Positions 27,210-36,504 of a DNA stretch of 64,000 nucleotides are shown in pieces. Under the pieces are notes generated by a model, which saw only the letters and a program-made list of their open reading frames with translations, was not told the DNA's origin and did no database searches. The stretch is from Clostridiales bacterium. GTDB taxonomy: Bacteria; Bacillota; Clostridia; Lachnospirales; Lachnospiraceae. The stretch's first letter is position 1. Each line of letters opens with the position of its first letter. The stretch lies in NCBI GenBank assembly GCA_020860715.1, contig JAJBTU010000023.1, positions 38,692 through 102,691 of the forward strand. The letters run 5' to 3'. The position numbers and the translations under genes are program-made.

Positions 27210-28364
27210 ATGGGAATTTACCTGAATCCGGGAAACGTAGATTTTCAGATAGCGCTGAATTCGAAGATTTATGTAGATAAAACCGAATTGATTGCGTATT
27301 TAAACAGCCTGATGATGACGGAACAGAGATTTATCTGTGTGAGTCGGCCGAGAAGGTTCGGGAAATCTATGGCTGCAAATATGCTGGCTGCGTATTATAG
27401 TCGTGGCTGCGATTCGGAAGAGATGTTTACCAACCTGAAAATTTCAGGGAAGACTGATTTTAAGAAGCATATGAATCAATATAACGTGATTCGGCTGAAT
27501 ATGCAGGATTTTCTGAGCAAAACGGGTACGGTCAGCGAAATGACGGTTCGTATAGAAAAGAAGATTCTAAGGGAATTTAAAAGGGAATATAAAGAATACG
27601 ATTTTGACGAGGAGGATTTTAATTCGTTATTCGAAGAAGTTTTTGCTGAAACGGGTATTCCTTTTGTGTTTGTTATAGATGAGTGGGATTGTGTTTTCCG
27701 CTCGTATAAGGAGGATAAGGAAGCGCAGGAGCAGTATCTTGATTATCTGCGTGGTTTGCTGAAGGATAAAAGCTATGTAGCGCTTGCGTATATGACTGGT
27801 ATTCTCCCAATCAAAAAATATGGGCAGCATTCGGCACTCAATATGTTTTACGAGTATTCGATGATGAACGCTGTGCCGATTGAAGAATTTACGGGATTTA
27901 CGGAAGCAGAGGTAGAAACTCTTTGCAGGCAGTATAGCGTGTCATTTGATGAAATGAAAAAGTGGTACGATGGCTATACGGTTAACGGGCTTTCTCTGTA
28001 CAATCCCAGGTCTGTCGTAGAGGCACTTTTAAGAGGAAATTTTGACAGCTACTGGACAAAAACGGAGACCTATGAGGCACTGAAAATTTATATTCAGATG
28101 AATCTGGATGATTTGAAGGAAAAAGTAGAACGCCTGATTGCAGGGGAAAAGATTTCTGTTAATGCAATGAAATACCAGAATGATATGTCTACCTTTGAGA
28201 GTGCGGATGATGTATTGACACTGCTGGTACATCTGGGGTATTTGACGACGGAACCGAAAAAAGAGATGATTGGGGACAGCGAATGCAGGGTGAATGATCT
28301 GAGTTCTTTGAATTGTATGATTCCAAATGGTGAGGTGCGTCAGGAGTTTATTAACTGTTTATAA
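27210..28364 (+). CDS. AAA-ATPase-like (PF09820-type) protein, apparently lacking the usual C-terminal PD-(D/E)XK_9 nuclease domain
   Basis: ORF track 27123..28364, trimmed to MGIYLNPGNVDFQIALNSKIYVDKTELIAYLNSLMMTEQRFICVSRPRRFGKSMAANMLAAYY (GAAGGTGAAAAG SD). It ends just after LLVHLGYLT...IPNGEVRQEFINCL, the point where family members normally continue. Confidence 0.65.
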   Translation: MGIYLNPGNVDFQIALNSKIYVDKTELIAYLNSLMMTEQRFICVSRPRRFGKSMAANMLAAYYSRGCDSEEMFTNLKISGKTDFKKHMNQYNVIRLNMQDFLSKTGTVSEMTVRIEKKILREFKREYKEYDFDEEDFNSLFEEVFAETGIPFVFVIDEWDCVFRSYKEDKEAQEQYLDYLRGLLKDKSYVALAYMTGILPIKKYGQHSALNMFYEYSMMNAVPIEEFTGFTEAEVETLCRQYSVSFDEMKKWYDGYTVNGLSLYNPRSVVEALLRGNFDSYWTKTETYEALKIYIQMNLDDLKEKVERLIAGEKISVNAMKYQNDMSTFESADDVLTLLVHLGYLTTEPKKEMIGDSECRVNDLSSLNCMIPNGEVRQEFINCL

Positions 28365-28381
28365 AAAGCTGAAGTTTAATC

Positions 28382-29383
28382 ATGAAAAAATTATATCCGA
28401 TGGGGGTGATTTTCCTCATCTTTGTGATCGGGATCGGGTTTATCCTGTATCCCTCAATTGGAAATTATGTGACGTTGAATACGGCGTCGGTGACGATCGC
28501 GGATTACGAGGAGCAGGTCGCGGATGAGACGCTGGAGCCGGCTGTGGATGAGCGTCTGGAGCTGGCGCAGCAGTTCAATCTGCACCTGTTTTACGGGACG
28601 AATGCGGAAGATGAAGATAAGTGCCTGAATGTAAATGACGGCGTGATCTGCTATCTGGACATTCCCTCGATCAGCGTATATCTGCCGGTCTACTATGGGA
28701 CTTCGGATGAGGTGCTGCAGAAGGGCTGCGGATATATTGAAAATACGTCCCTGCCGGTAGGCGGCGAGAATACGAACAGTGGGATTTCCGGGCATACAGG
28801 TCTGCCGGGCGCGGAGCTGTTGTCGGATCTGGATCAGATGGAGATCGGAGATCTGTTTTACATTCATGTGCTGGGTGATATTCTGGCGTATGAGGTGGTG
28901 GATGTCGAGGTCGTTGAGCCGGACGATGCGTCTTTGCTGGAGATTGACCCGGGCCGGGATCTGGTGACGCTGGTGACCTGCACGCCTTACGGGATCAATT
29001 CGCATCGGCTGCTGGTGCGAGGGGAGCGGACGGAATACATACCGCAGGAGGACGATGAGGAGACGATCAGCCCGCAGACGGTGTCGAAGGGTCTGACTGC
29101 GGCGATGCGGCGGCAGCTGATGGTAATCGCGATGATCGTGACAGCGGCGCTTGTTGCTGTACTGACAGCGTATTTGTACCATCGCAGGATGAAAAGACTG
29201 TATCCGACAGAGGAAGAAGGAACTGCCTCGGCGGGAATGAATCGGGCAGAAGCAGACAGGGCCGGAGCGGCTCGGGCAGAAGCAGGCAGGGCCGGAACGG
29301 ATCGGGCAGAAGCAGATAAGGCGGAAACAGATAAGAAAGAATCAGATGGGACGGAATCAGGCAGGATAAAATCAGATGAGTAA
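28382..29383 (+). CDS. Class C (pilin-polymerising) sortase 1 with a C-terminal membrane anchor and a repetitive charged tail
   Basis: ICYLDIPSISVYLPVYYGTSDEVLQKGCGYIENTSLPVGGENTNSGISGHTGLPGAELLSDLDQMEIGDLFYIHVLGDILAYEV...LVTLVTCTPYGINSHRLLVRGERT. Confidence 0.9.
   Translation: MKKLYPMGVIFLIFVIGIGFILYPSIGNYVTLNTASVTIADYEEQVADETLEPAVDERLELAQQFNLHLFYGTNAEDEDKCLNVNDGVICYLDIPSISVYLPVYYGTSDEVLQKGCGYIENTSLPVGGENTNSGISGHTGLPGAELLSDLDQMEIGDLFYIHVLGDILAYEVVDVEVVEPDDASLLEIDPGRDLVTLVTCTPYGINSHRLLVRGERTEYIPQEDDEETISPQTVSKGLTAAMRRQLMVIAMIVTAALVAVLTAYLYHRRMKRLYPTEEEGTASAGMNRAEADRAGAARAEAGRAGTDRAEADKAETDKKESDGTESGRIKSDE
29240..29329 (+). repeat. In-frame 30-bp x3 tandem repeat in the sortase 1 tail
   Basis: NRAEADRAGA / ARAEAGRAGT / DRAEADKAET. 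Confidence 0.85.
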
Positions 29384-30278
29384 GAAGCAGACAGGGCAGG
29401 CACAGGATTCGCCGGAACAGGCAGCACAGCCAGCGGAAAAACAACATCATAGGATCAAAGACAGACTTCCGTTGTTATTTATCTTTCTGATTCTGGCGGC
29501 GGGAGTAGCCATCATGGGCTATCCGGTTCTGAGCAACTGGATCTGTGAGTACACGGCCAGTGTGGAGATTGCCAGTTACAATGCGGTCCTGGAGGAGCAG
29601 GATACCTCGGATCTGGATGCGATGCTGGAGGCGGCTTCAGAATACAACGCTTCCTTAAGCGGCAGCGGTGATTCGGACTCGGCAGCGGATTATGAAGATC
29701 TGCTCGCCCTGACGGACGCGATCGGATATATTGAGATTCCGAAGATTGGCGTATATCTGCCGATTTACCACGGTGTGGACGACGAGGTTCTTCAAAAAGG
29801 GATCGGTCACATGCCGGAGACGTCACTGCCTGTGGGCGGCGAGTCGACGCACGCTGTGCTTTCCGGACATACGGGGCTTCCGGCGGCGAAACTTTTTACG
29901 GATCTGGATCAGCTGGAAGAGGGCGACATGTTTTATATCCATGTTCTGAACCGGATTCTGGCGTATGAGGTCGACCAGATCAAGGTGGTGCTTCCGGATG
30001 AGACGGACGACATTCGGATCGTGGAGGGCGAAGATTATGTGACGCTGCTGACCTGCACTCCATACGGAGTAAATTCGCATCGGCTGCTGGTGCGCGGCAC
30101 ACGAGTGGAATATTCTCCGGCGGTTGTCGAGGTTCAGACGCCTGCGGATACGGAGACGAAGCAGAAGATTCCGGTGGAGAAGATCCTCTGGTACGGTGCT
30201 GTGGCGGCCGGAGCGGTGCTGCTGCTGATCATACTGCTGATCCTGCTGCTGCCGGGGCGGCGGAAGAAACGGAAATAG
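29376..30278 (+). CDS. Class C sortase 2
   Basis: IGYIEIPKIGVYLPIYHGVDDEVLQKGIGHMPETSLPVGGESTHAVLSGHTGLPAAKLFTDLDQLEEGDMFYIHVLNRILAYEVDQIKVV...YVTLLTCTPYGVNSHRLLVRGTRV. It overlaps the end of sortase 1 by 8 nt. Confidence 0.9.
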   Translation: MSKKQTGQAQDSPEQAAQPAEKQHHRIKDRLPLLFIFLILAAGVAIMGYPVLSNWICEYTASVEIASYNAVLEEQDTSDLDAMLEAASEYNASLSGSGDSDSAADYEDLLALTDAIGYIEIPKIGVYLPIYHGVDDEVLQKGIGHMPETSLPVGGESTHAVLSGHTGLPAAKLFTDLDQLEEGDMFYIHVLNRILAYEVDQIKVVLPDETDDIRIVEGEDYVTLLTCTPYGVNSHRLLVRGTRVEYSPAVVEVQTPADTETKQKIPVEKILWYGAVAAGAVLLLIILLILLLPGRRKKRK

Positions 30279-30310
30279 GAAATATTTTTAAACGGGGAGA
30301 AGGAACAGTC

Positions 30311-32527
30311 ATGAGAAAGAGGACGGGCGGTATTTTATTAAACAGAATAAGGAGACTGGTCATCCTGATGACAGCTGTAACTGTGTTTGCGATGCCTGCG
30401 CTTTTTGCCCGTGCTTCGGACACACAGACGGGAACGCTTGAGGTGCAGATATCCTCCGATGCGGAGGGGATCGGGCTGACGCTCTATAAAGTGGCGGATT
30501 ACAATAACGGCAGCTTTGTGTATACGGAAGAATTTGCGAAAAGCGGAGTCGTGATCTCGGATCTGAATAATTCCACTCAGGCGCAGGAGGCGGCTGCTGC
30601 TCTTGCGGAGTATGCCGATGAACAGGGGATCGGGAGCGGGGCAGCGACAGGACGAAAAAGCAGGTCTGCAGGCAATACGGTTACCACGATGGCTGTGGGC
30701 AGCAGCGGAACGGTGAGCTTTGACAATCTCTCGTCCGGCCTGTATCTGGTTGCGCAGACGGACGGAACGGAGATTCTGGAAACACAGCCCGCACTGGTTC
30801 CGGTTCCTTATACCAGTTCGGATGACGGAAGTGCTATCTATGAAGTGACGATCGCCCTGAAGTCAACATTTGCGGGCGGTGCGGTGATCCTGACGAAGAC
30901 GGATGACGCCGGGGATGTGGTTGCGGGGGCAGTTTTTGTCCTGCAGCAGAAGATCTATGTGGACAGCGCTTCGGATGTTCCTGAGGGAACGGAATCTGGG
31001 ACGGATGATTCCGGGGTTTATTATTGGAAAGAATTTGCCAAAGATCTGACGACGAGTACATACGGGCAGGTTGTGGTGACGGGACTTCCGACCGGGGATT
31101 ACCGCCTGGTCGAGACGAAGGTGCCGGAGGGCTATGTCGAGAGTGATCTGGTGGTGACGTTTACCATCAGCCGGGTCGGGACCGTGACCGAGACGGACGG
31201 TTTTTATACGGCGGACGAAGGCGCGGTACAGGAATTGTCCGCGGTGAATAACCGTACACAGGTAGAGATCAATAAGGTGGATGAGGCCGGAGAGGCGGTG
31301 GCCGGCGCGAAGCTGGTGATCAAGGATTCAGAAGGAAATGTCATCCATACGGAGGAAGGAATTGCGGCGTATGGCATGGATACGACAGCCGGCAGGGATA
31401 TCCTGTACGGGCTCCCGGCGGGCACCTATTATCTGAGCGAGGTTGCCGAGCCGGACGGCTATAAGTATACAAAGGACGTGAAGTTTACGGTAAGCGCCGT
31501 GGAAGGCGCGGAAAACAGTGTAACCATGGTGGATCCGTCGAAGACCGGAGAGACAGTGCAGGATACAAACACTACGGCGGAATCCGAGCCGACGGAAGGC
31601 TCTGTCACGGTCACGAAGTCACTGGTTCTGCAGGATGGCGTGCATGCGATCGCGGAGGACGCTTCGTTCTATGTGGCGCTGTTTGAGGACGAGGCGTGTA
31701 CAGTGCGTGTATCCGGCGTAAAGACGATCACATACTCAGGTACGAGCGCTGCTTCGGTGACATTTGACGGGCTGGATCTGGATATGACGTATTATGTGGC
31801 TGAGACGGATGAATATGGCGAGGTCCTGAAGAGAGGGACGACGTCAGATGATGTCATTTTTATTCCAGTTTATCCGTCTGATCAGTCCGTTACGCTGACC
31901 GCGGACAGCAATACGAAGGAGTTCGCGTTTGAAAATGAGTTTTATGCGCTCCCGTCCGGATATTATTACGGCGGGGAACTGACCGTCACAAAGAAGACGG
32001 TGCTTGACGGAGAAGCCTTTGACACAGACGATGTCTTCTACGCGAGAGTATTTACGGACGCCTCCTGTACGACACCGGTAAGTGAGATTCTTGAGCTGGA
32101 TATGGCGGGCGGCAGCAGCTGCAGCCGGACCGTAGAGGTCAGCGTCGGTGAAAGTGACGGAGACAGTGTGACTTACTATGTGATGGAGACGGATAATCTT
32201 GGAAATCCGATTACAGACAGTTCTTCTTTGACCTTTACCATGACAATGGATAAGACGTCCGTGACGATGTCGGCGGAGCAGTCCACGGAGTCTGTAACGA
32301 TTACGAATACGTTTGCCTCTGAGGAGGAAAGTGAGGAGAGCGGGGATACCGTCACTTCCGGTGAGGATTCTTCTTCGGATGGGACGTCTGAGACCGGGAC
32401 GGCATCGGGCTCCGTGCAGACGGGAGACGATACGCCGGCTGCGCGTATGCTGGTTCTGCTGTTCGCGGCGCTTGGGATCCTGCTTCTTACGGCCGGTATG
32501 CGCGTGCGCGCACGGCGGCGCGGGTAA
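30311..32527 (+). CDS. CnaB/SpaA-fold surface protein (738 aa; candidate minor or tip pilin) with an atypical VQTGD C-terminal anchor signal
   Basis: Signal peptide ...VTVFAMPALFARASD. E-box-like YRLVETKVPEGYVE and YYLSEVAEPDGYKY. The C-terminus is SVQTGDDTPAARMLVLLFAALGILLLTAGMRVRARRRG. Confidence 0.8.
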   Translation: MRKRTGGILLNRIRRLVILMTAVTVFAMPALFARASDTQTGTLEVQISSDAEGIGLTLYKVADYNNGSFVYTEEFAKSGVVISDLNNSTQAQEAAAALAEYADEQGIGSGAATGRKSRSAGNTVTTMAVGSSGTVSFDNLSSGLYLVAQTDGTEILETQPALVPVPYTSSDDGSAIYEVTIALKSTFAGGAVILTKTDDAGDVVAGAVFVLQQKIYVDSASDVPEGTESGTDDSGVYYWKEFAKDLTTSTYGQVVVTGLPTGDYRLVETKVPEGYVESDLVVTFTISRVGTVTETDGFYTADEGAVQELSAVNNRTQVEINKVDEAGEAVAGAKLVIKDSEGNVIHTEEGIAAYGMDTTAGRDILYGLPAGTYYLSEVAEPDGYKYTKDVKFTVSAVEGAENSVTMVDPSKTGETVQDTNTTAESEPTEGSVTVTKSLVLQDGVHAIAEDASFYVALFEDEACTVRVSGVKTITYSGTSAASVTFDGLDLDMTYYVAETDEYGEVLKRGTTSDDVIFIPVYPSDQSVTLTADSNTKEFAFENEFYALPSGYYYGGELTVTKKTVLDGEAFDTDDVFYARVFTDASCTTPVSEILELDMAGGSSCSRTVEVSVGESDGDSVTYYVMETDNLGNPITDSSSLTFTMTMDKTSVTMSAEQSTESVTITNTFASEEESEESGDTVTSGEDSSSDGTSETGTASGSVQTGDDTPAARMLVLLFAALGILLLTAGMRVRARRRG

Positions 32528-32666
32528 AACAGGTTCCGGGAAATGCCGGGCCAGGGGGGACGCAGAACTTTTGGAAAAGACTTCAGGCTGTGATGTGCAG
32601 AACGGAACATTTTGCGCGGACTCTCATATAGTATCCATGAACGGTATGATTGCATGGGAGTATGGG

Positions 32667-33503
32667 ATGGCAAAAGTGGTTTTGGATGCCGGGCACGGGG
32701 GAGTGGAACCCGGTGCGGTGCATGAAGGACGGCAGGAGAAGGACGACACGCTGCGGCTGACCCTTGCGGTAGGCGGGATTCTTGAAGACAATGGGGTAGA
32801 GGTGGCGTATACCCGCACGGAGGATGTGTATGATACGCCGCTGCAGAAGGCACAGATCGCGAACGCGGAAGGGGGAGACTTTTTTGTCTCATTTCATCGG
32901 AATTCCAGCCCGCAGGCCAATCAGTATTCGGGCGTGGAGACGCTGGTCTATGACTTGTCGGGAGAAAAAGTGGCGTTGGCGGAGGCCATCAATGCTGAAC
33001 TTGCCGAGGTCGGCTTCCGCGATCTGGGCGTGAAAGAACGGCCGGATCTGATTGTTCTGAAAAGGACGCAGATGCCGGCCGTGCTGGTCGAGGTCGGCTT
33101 TCTGAATACAGACGCGGACAATCTGCTCTTTGACGAACAGTTTGCGGCAATCGCGGAAGCCATCGCGGGCGGTATCTTAAGTACGCTGGAGTCGGGCAGA
33201 TATCCGGGCGGAGGCTATGGTACGGAAGGAAGCGGTAATTCCGGGGCGGGAAGTGATGATTATGGCTCCGGCGCAGGCGCTGCGCCAAAACTCTACCGGG
33301 TGCAGACAGGCGCATACCGGAACCGCGCTTACGCGGAAGATCTTCTTTACCGGCTGCAGCAGCAGAATTATCCGGCATTTCTTCTCTATGACGACGGTCT
33401 CTATAAGGTGCAGGTGGGTGCGTTTGCGCAGCTCGATAACGCGGTGAAAATGGAGGCGGCGCTGCGCAGAGCAGGGTATTCGACATTTATTACCACGGAA
33501 TAA
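32667..33503 (+). CDS. N-acetylmuramoyl-L-alanine amidase (Amidase_3) with a C-terminal SPOR domain
   Basis: ORF track 32313..33503, trimmed to MAKVVLDAGHGGVEPGAV... (GGGAG SD). Also ...VSFHRNS...VLVEVGFLNTDADN. The SPOR-like end is LYRVQTGAYRNRAYAEDLLYRLQQQNYPAFLLYDDGLYKVQVGAF. Confidence 0.85.
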   Translation: MAKVVLDAGHGGVEPGAVHEGRQEKDDTLRLTLAVGGILEDNGVEVAYTRTEDVYDTPLQKAQIANAEGGDFFVSFHRNSSPQANQYSGVETLVYDLSGEKVALAEAINAELAEVGFRDLGVKERPDLIVLKRTQMPAVLVEVGFLNTDADNLLFDEQFAAIAEAIAGGILSTLESGRYPGGGYGTEGSGNSGAGSDDYGSGAGAAPKLYRVQTGAYRNRAYAEDLLYRLQQQNYPAFLLYDDGLYKVQVGAFAQLDNAVKMEAALRRAGYSTFITTE

Positions 33504-33539
33504 ATAAAAATAGTCTTTCGTTTTGCCGCAAAAGGTGCT

Positions 33540-33579
33540 ACACTGTTTGCAGAGATACGCAGGCTGCAGCAGTGTTTTT
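33540..33579 (+). terminator. Rho-independent terminator after the amidase gene
   Basis: ACACTG..TGCAG-loop-CTGCA.CAGTGT followed by TTTTT. Confidence 0.5.
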
Positions 33580-33654
33580 GTGCCGGATGAAACGGGGCGC
33601 TTTGATAAAACTCCGGGTACGGGATAGCAGTACGGGATAGCAGACAGCGCCCGG

Positions 33655-34908
33655 ATGGTGATGATGGATAACGACAGAGATGGATCATTTAAGAGAAATA
33701 CGGAACTTTTAAAACAGATACAGCAGCCTCTGATGAGGTGGTTTGATGGGAATGCCCGGGTGCTTCCCTGGCGGGAGCACCCCTGTACGGAAGGAACGGG
33801 CAGGGAAGGGCAGCCGGAGCAGATCCTTCCGGATCGTGCCTATGCAGTCTGGGTGTCGGAGATCATGCTGCAGCAGACCCGTGTGGAGGCGGTCAAGCCG
33901 TATTATACGCGTTTCATGGACGCCCTGCCGGATATCCGCGCTCTGGCGGACTGCCCGGAAGATCGGCTTTTAAAGCTGTGGGAAGGGCTTGGTTATTACA
34001 GCCGGGTCCGCAATATGCAGAAAGCGGCGCGTGTGGTCGTGGAGGAGTACGGCGGCAGACTGCCGGAGACTTTGGAGGAACTGATGAGACTGCCGGGCAT
34101 CGGCAGCTACACGGCGGGAGCGATCGCTTCGATCGCTTATGGACAGGCAGTTCCGGCGGTGGACGGCAATGTGCTGCGGGTCCTGAGCCGTATCGTGGAA
34201 AACGGGGAGGACATTTCAAAACAGTCCGTAAAAAAGGACGCGGAAGAAGCGCTGCAGGCGGTGATGCCGCGGAATTCGCGGAGTGGTTCGGATGCGCAGG
34301 ACGATCAGCAGGCAGAAAAAACGCATTCACAGCGGTTATCTCGAAATCTTCCTGGAACATTTAACCAGTCGCTGATGGAATTGGGGGCGCTCATCTGCGT
34401 TCCGAACGGATTCCCGGCCTGTGAATGCTGTCCGGTCAGGCATCTGTGCCGGGCCGCTGCTGACGGGCGCCAGACGGAATATCCGCTAAAAGCCAAAAAG
34501 AAACCGCGCCGGATCGAGGAACGCACGGTCCTTGTGATCCGCGACAGCAGTCATGCGGCTCTGCACCGCCGTCCGCCTCACGGACTGCTGGCCGGATTGT
34601 ATGAACTTCCGAACTGGGAAGGACATCTGACACAGAATGAGGCGCTCCGGCGCGTATCGCAAAGCGGTTTTTCTCCGATCCGGATTCGTCCTCTGCCTGA
34701 CGCGAAGCATATATTCAGCCATGTGGAGTGGCATATGACCGGGTATCTTGTGCTGGTGGAGGATCGGGAGAATCCTGCGGAAGCAGGGGAGAAGGACGGC
34801 GGGATGCTTTTTCTGGAACCGGAGGTCATTCGGCGCGAATATTCGATCCCGAGTGCGTTCACGGTGTATATGCAGGAAATTTTTCAGGTATTTACGGACA
34901 TAAGATAA
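33655..34908 (+). CDS. mutY: A/G-specific adenine DNA glycosylase MutY
   Basis: LPWRE...YAVWVSEIMLQQTRVEAVKPYYTRF...LWEGLGYYSRVRNMQKAA...LPGIGSYTAGAIASIAYGQAVPAVDGNVLRVLSR. A Cys cluster CVPNGFPACECCPVRHLC and a NUDIX-like C-terminus are also present. Confidence 0.88.
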   Translation: MVMMDNDRDGSFKRNTELLKQIQQPLMRWFDGNARVLPWREHPCTEGTGREGQPEQILPDRAYAVWVSEIMLQQTRVEAVKPYYTRFMDALPDIRALADCPEDRLLKLWEGLGYYSRVRNMQKAARVVVEEYGGRLPETLEELMRLPGIGSYTAGAIASIAYGQAVPAVDGNVLRVLSRIVENGEDISKQSVKKDAEEALQAVMPRNSRSGSDAQDDQQAEKTHSQRLSRNLPGTFNQSLMELGALICVPNGFPACECCPVRHLCRAAADGRQTEYPLKAKKKPRRIEERTVLVIRDSSHAALHRRPPHGLLAGLYELPNWEGHLTQNEALRRVSQSGFSPIRIRPLPDAKHIFSHVEWHMTGYLVLVEDRENPAEAGEKDGGMLFLEPEVIRREYSIPSAFTVYMQEIFQVFTDIR

Positions 34909-35031
34909 GGAAAGGATAAGATACTTCTTTATGTATGATAAAGTTGTTGAGAATATGGTTTCGAAACATGCTGATCAATACATTGATGAAAATGTTGATA
35001 TGACATCATAGATACAGTAAGGGAGTCTATT

Positions 35032-36057
35032 ATGAAGAAAATTCTAACAGTGGCGATTCCGTGTTACAATTCGGAAGAATATATGGAGACATGCATCAGG
35101 TCCATCCTTCCTGTAGGGGATGCGGTGGAGATTCTGATCGTGGACGACGGGTCGACAAAGGACCGGACGGGAGAAATCGCGGACGAATACGCGGCGCGCT
35201 ACCCGGATATCATCCGTGCGGTGCATCAGGAAAACGGAGGGCACGGCGAGGCTGTGAACACCGGACTGCGCAGCGCTTCCGGCGTGTATTACAAGGTCGT
35301 GGACAGCGACGACTGGGTGAATACAAAGGGCCTGAAGAAGATCGTGCAGACCATGCAGGAGCTGGAGGAAAAGGGCGGCGTGGATATGCTGCTGGCGAAT
35401 TTTGTTTATGACAAGGCAGGCGCAAAGCACAAGAGGCTGATGCGTTTTACGAAGGTGTTTCCGTGCGATGAGATTTTTGAGTGGAGCAATATGCGGCACA
35501 TGCCCATGACGCAGTATATCCTGATGCATAATATTTTTTACCGCACGCAGATGCTGCGGGACTGCGGCACACAGCTGCCGAAGCATACGTTTTATGTGGA
35601 CAATATTTTTGCGTTTCAGCCGCTTCCGCATGTGAAAAAGCTGTATTATATGGATGTGAACCTCTACCATTATTTTATCGGACGCGAGGATCAGTCGGTC
35701 AACGAGAAGGTCATGATCAGTCGGATCGACCAGCAGATTCTGGTCAATCAGATCATGATTGATGATATGGCGGCGGTGGATTTTACGGAGAAGCCGGCAG
35801 AACTGAAAAACTATATGCTGAATTACCTGTCCAAGATCATGACGGTGACCTCGATCATGCTGATTCTCTCCGGTACGGAGGAAGCGCTGGCAAAGAAGGA
35901 GGCCATCTGGGAATATTTAAAAGAAAAGGATCCGGATGTGTACCGCACGCTTCGCTTTGGGCTTCTCGGCGTAGGGATGAACCTGCCGGGCAAAGCCGGC
36001 AGGAAGGTATCTGTCTGGGGATATAAGGCTGCGCAGAAGCTGGTCGGGTTTAACTGA
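35032..36057 (+). CDS. Family 2 glycosyltransferase
   Basis: MKKILTVAIPCYNSEEYMETCIRSIL...EILIVDDGSTKDRT...VVDSDDWV. Confidence 0.8.
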   Translation: MKKILTVAIPCYNSEEYMETCIRSILPVGDAVEILIVDDGSTKDRTGEIADEYAARYPDIIRAVHQENGGHGEAVNTGLRSASGVYYKVVDSDDWVNTKGLKKIVQTMQELEEKGGVDMLLANFVYDKAGAKHKRLMRFTKVFPCDEIFEWSNMRHMPMTQYILMHNIFYRTQMLRDCGTQLPKHTFYVDNIFAFQPLPHVKKLYYMDVNLYHYFIGREDQSVNEKVMISRIDQQILVNQIMIDDMAAVDFTEKPAELKNYMLNYLSKIMTVTSIMLILSGTEEALAKKEAIWEYLKEKDPDVYRTLRFGLLGVGMNLPGKAGRKVSVWGYKAAQKLVGFN

Positions 36058-36060
36058 TTG

Positions 36061-36504
36061 TCAGCTCCGCTTTTTGCGTGATGTCCGGTATTTTTCTTCA
36101 CAGTACAGGCAGCGGTAGATTTCCTCCTCCGGGTCGGCCAGGTAGAAGATGTGGTCCAGTTCCTGTTCGATGGAGGAGATGCAGCGCGGGTTCCGGCATT
36201 TGATGATGTTGACCAGGCGCTGCGGCAGCTCCAGCTGCCTTTTTTCGACGATCTCGCCGTCGCGGATGATGTTGACGGTGATGGTGTGGTCGATGTAGCC
36301 GAGTACGTTCAGGTCGAGTTCATCGATCGGGCATTCGACCTTGATGATGTCTTTTTTACCCATTTTATTGCTGTGCGCGTTCTTGATGATCGCAACGCAG
36401 CAGTCCATGCGGTCGAGCTTCAGGTAACGGTAGAGATCCATGCTTTTGCCGGCCTCGATGTGATCGAGCACGACGCCTTCGTTCAGCTTTCCTACGTTTA
36501 ACAT
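36061..36504 (-). CDS. pyrI: Aspartate carbamoyltransferase regulatory subunit
   Basis: [15 protein letters not shown]...[10 protein letters not shown]...YRCLYCE zinc motif. It overlaps the pyrB stop. Confidence 0.88.
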   Translation of the reverse strand: MLNVGKLNEGVVLDHIEAGKSMDLYRYLKLDRMDCCVAIIKNAHSNKMGKKDIIKVECPIDELDLNVLGYIDHTITVNIIRDGEIVEKRQLELPQRLVNIIKCRNPRCISSIEQELDHIFYLADPEEEIYRCLYCEEKYRTSRKKRS

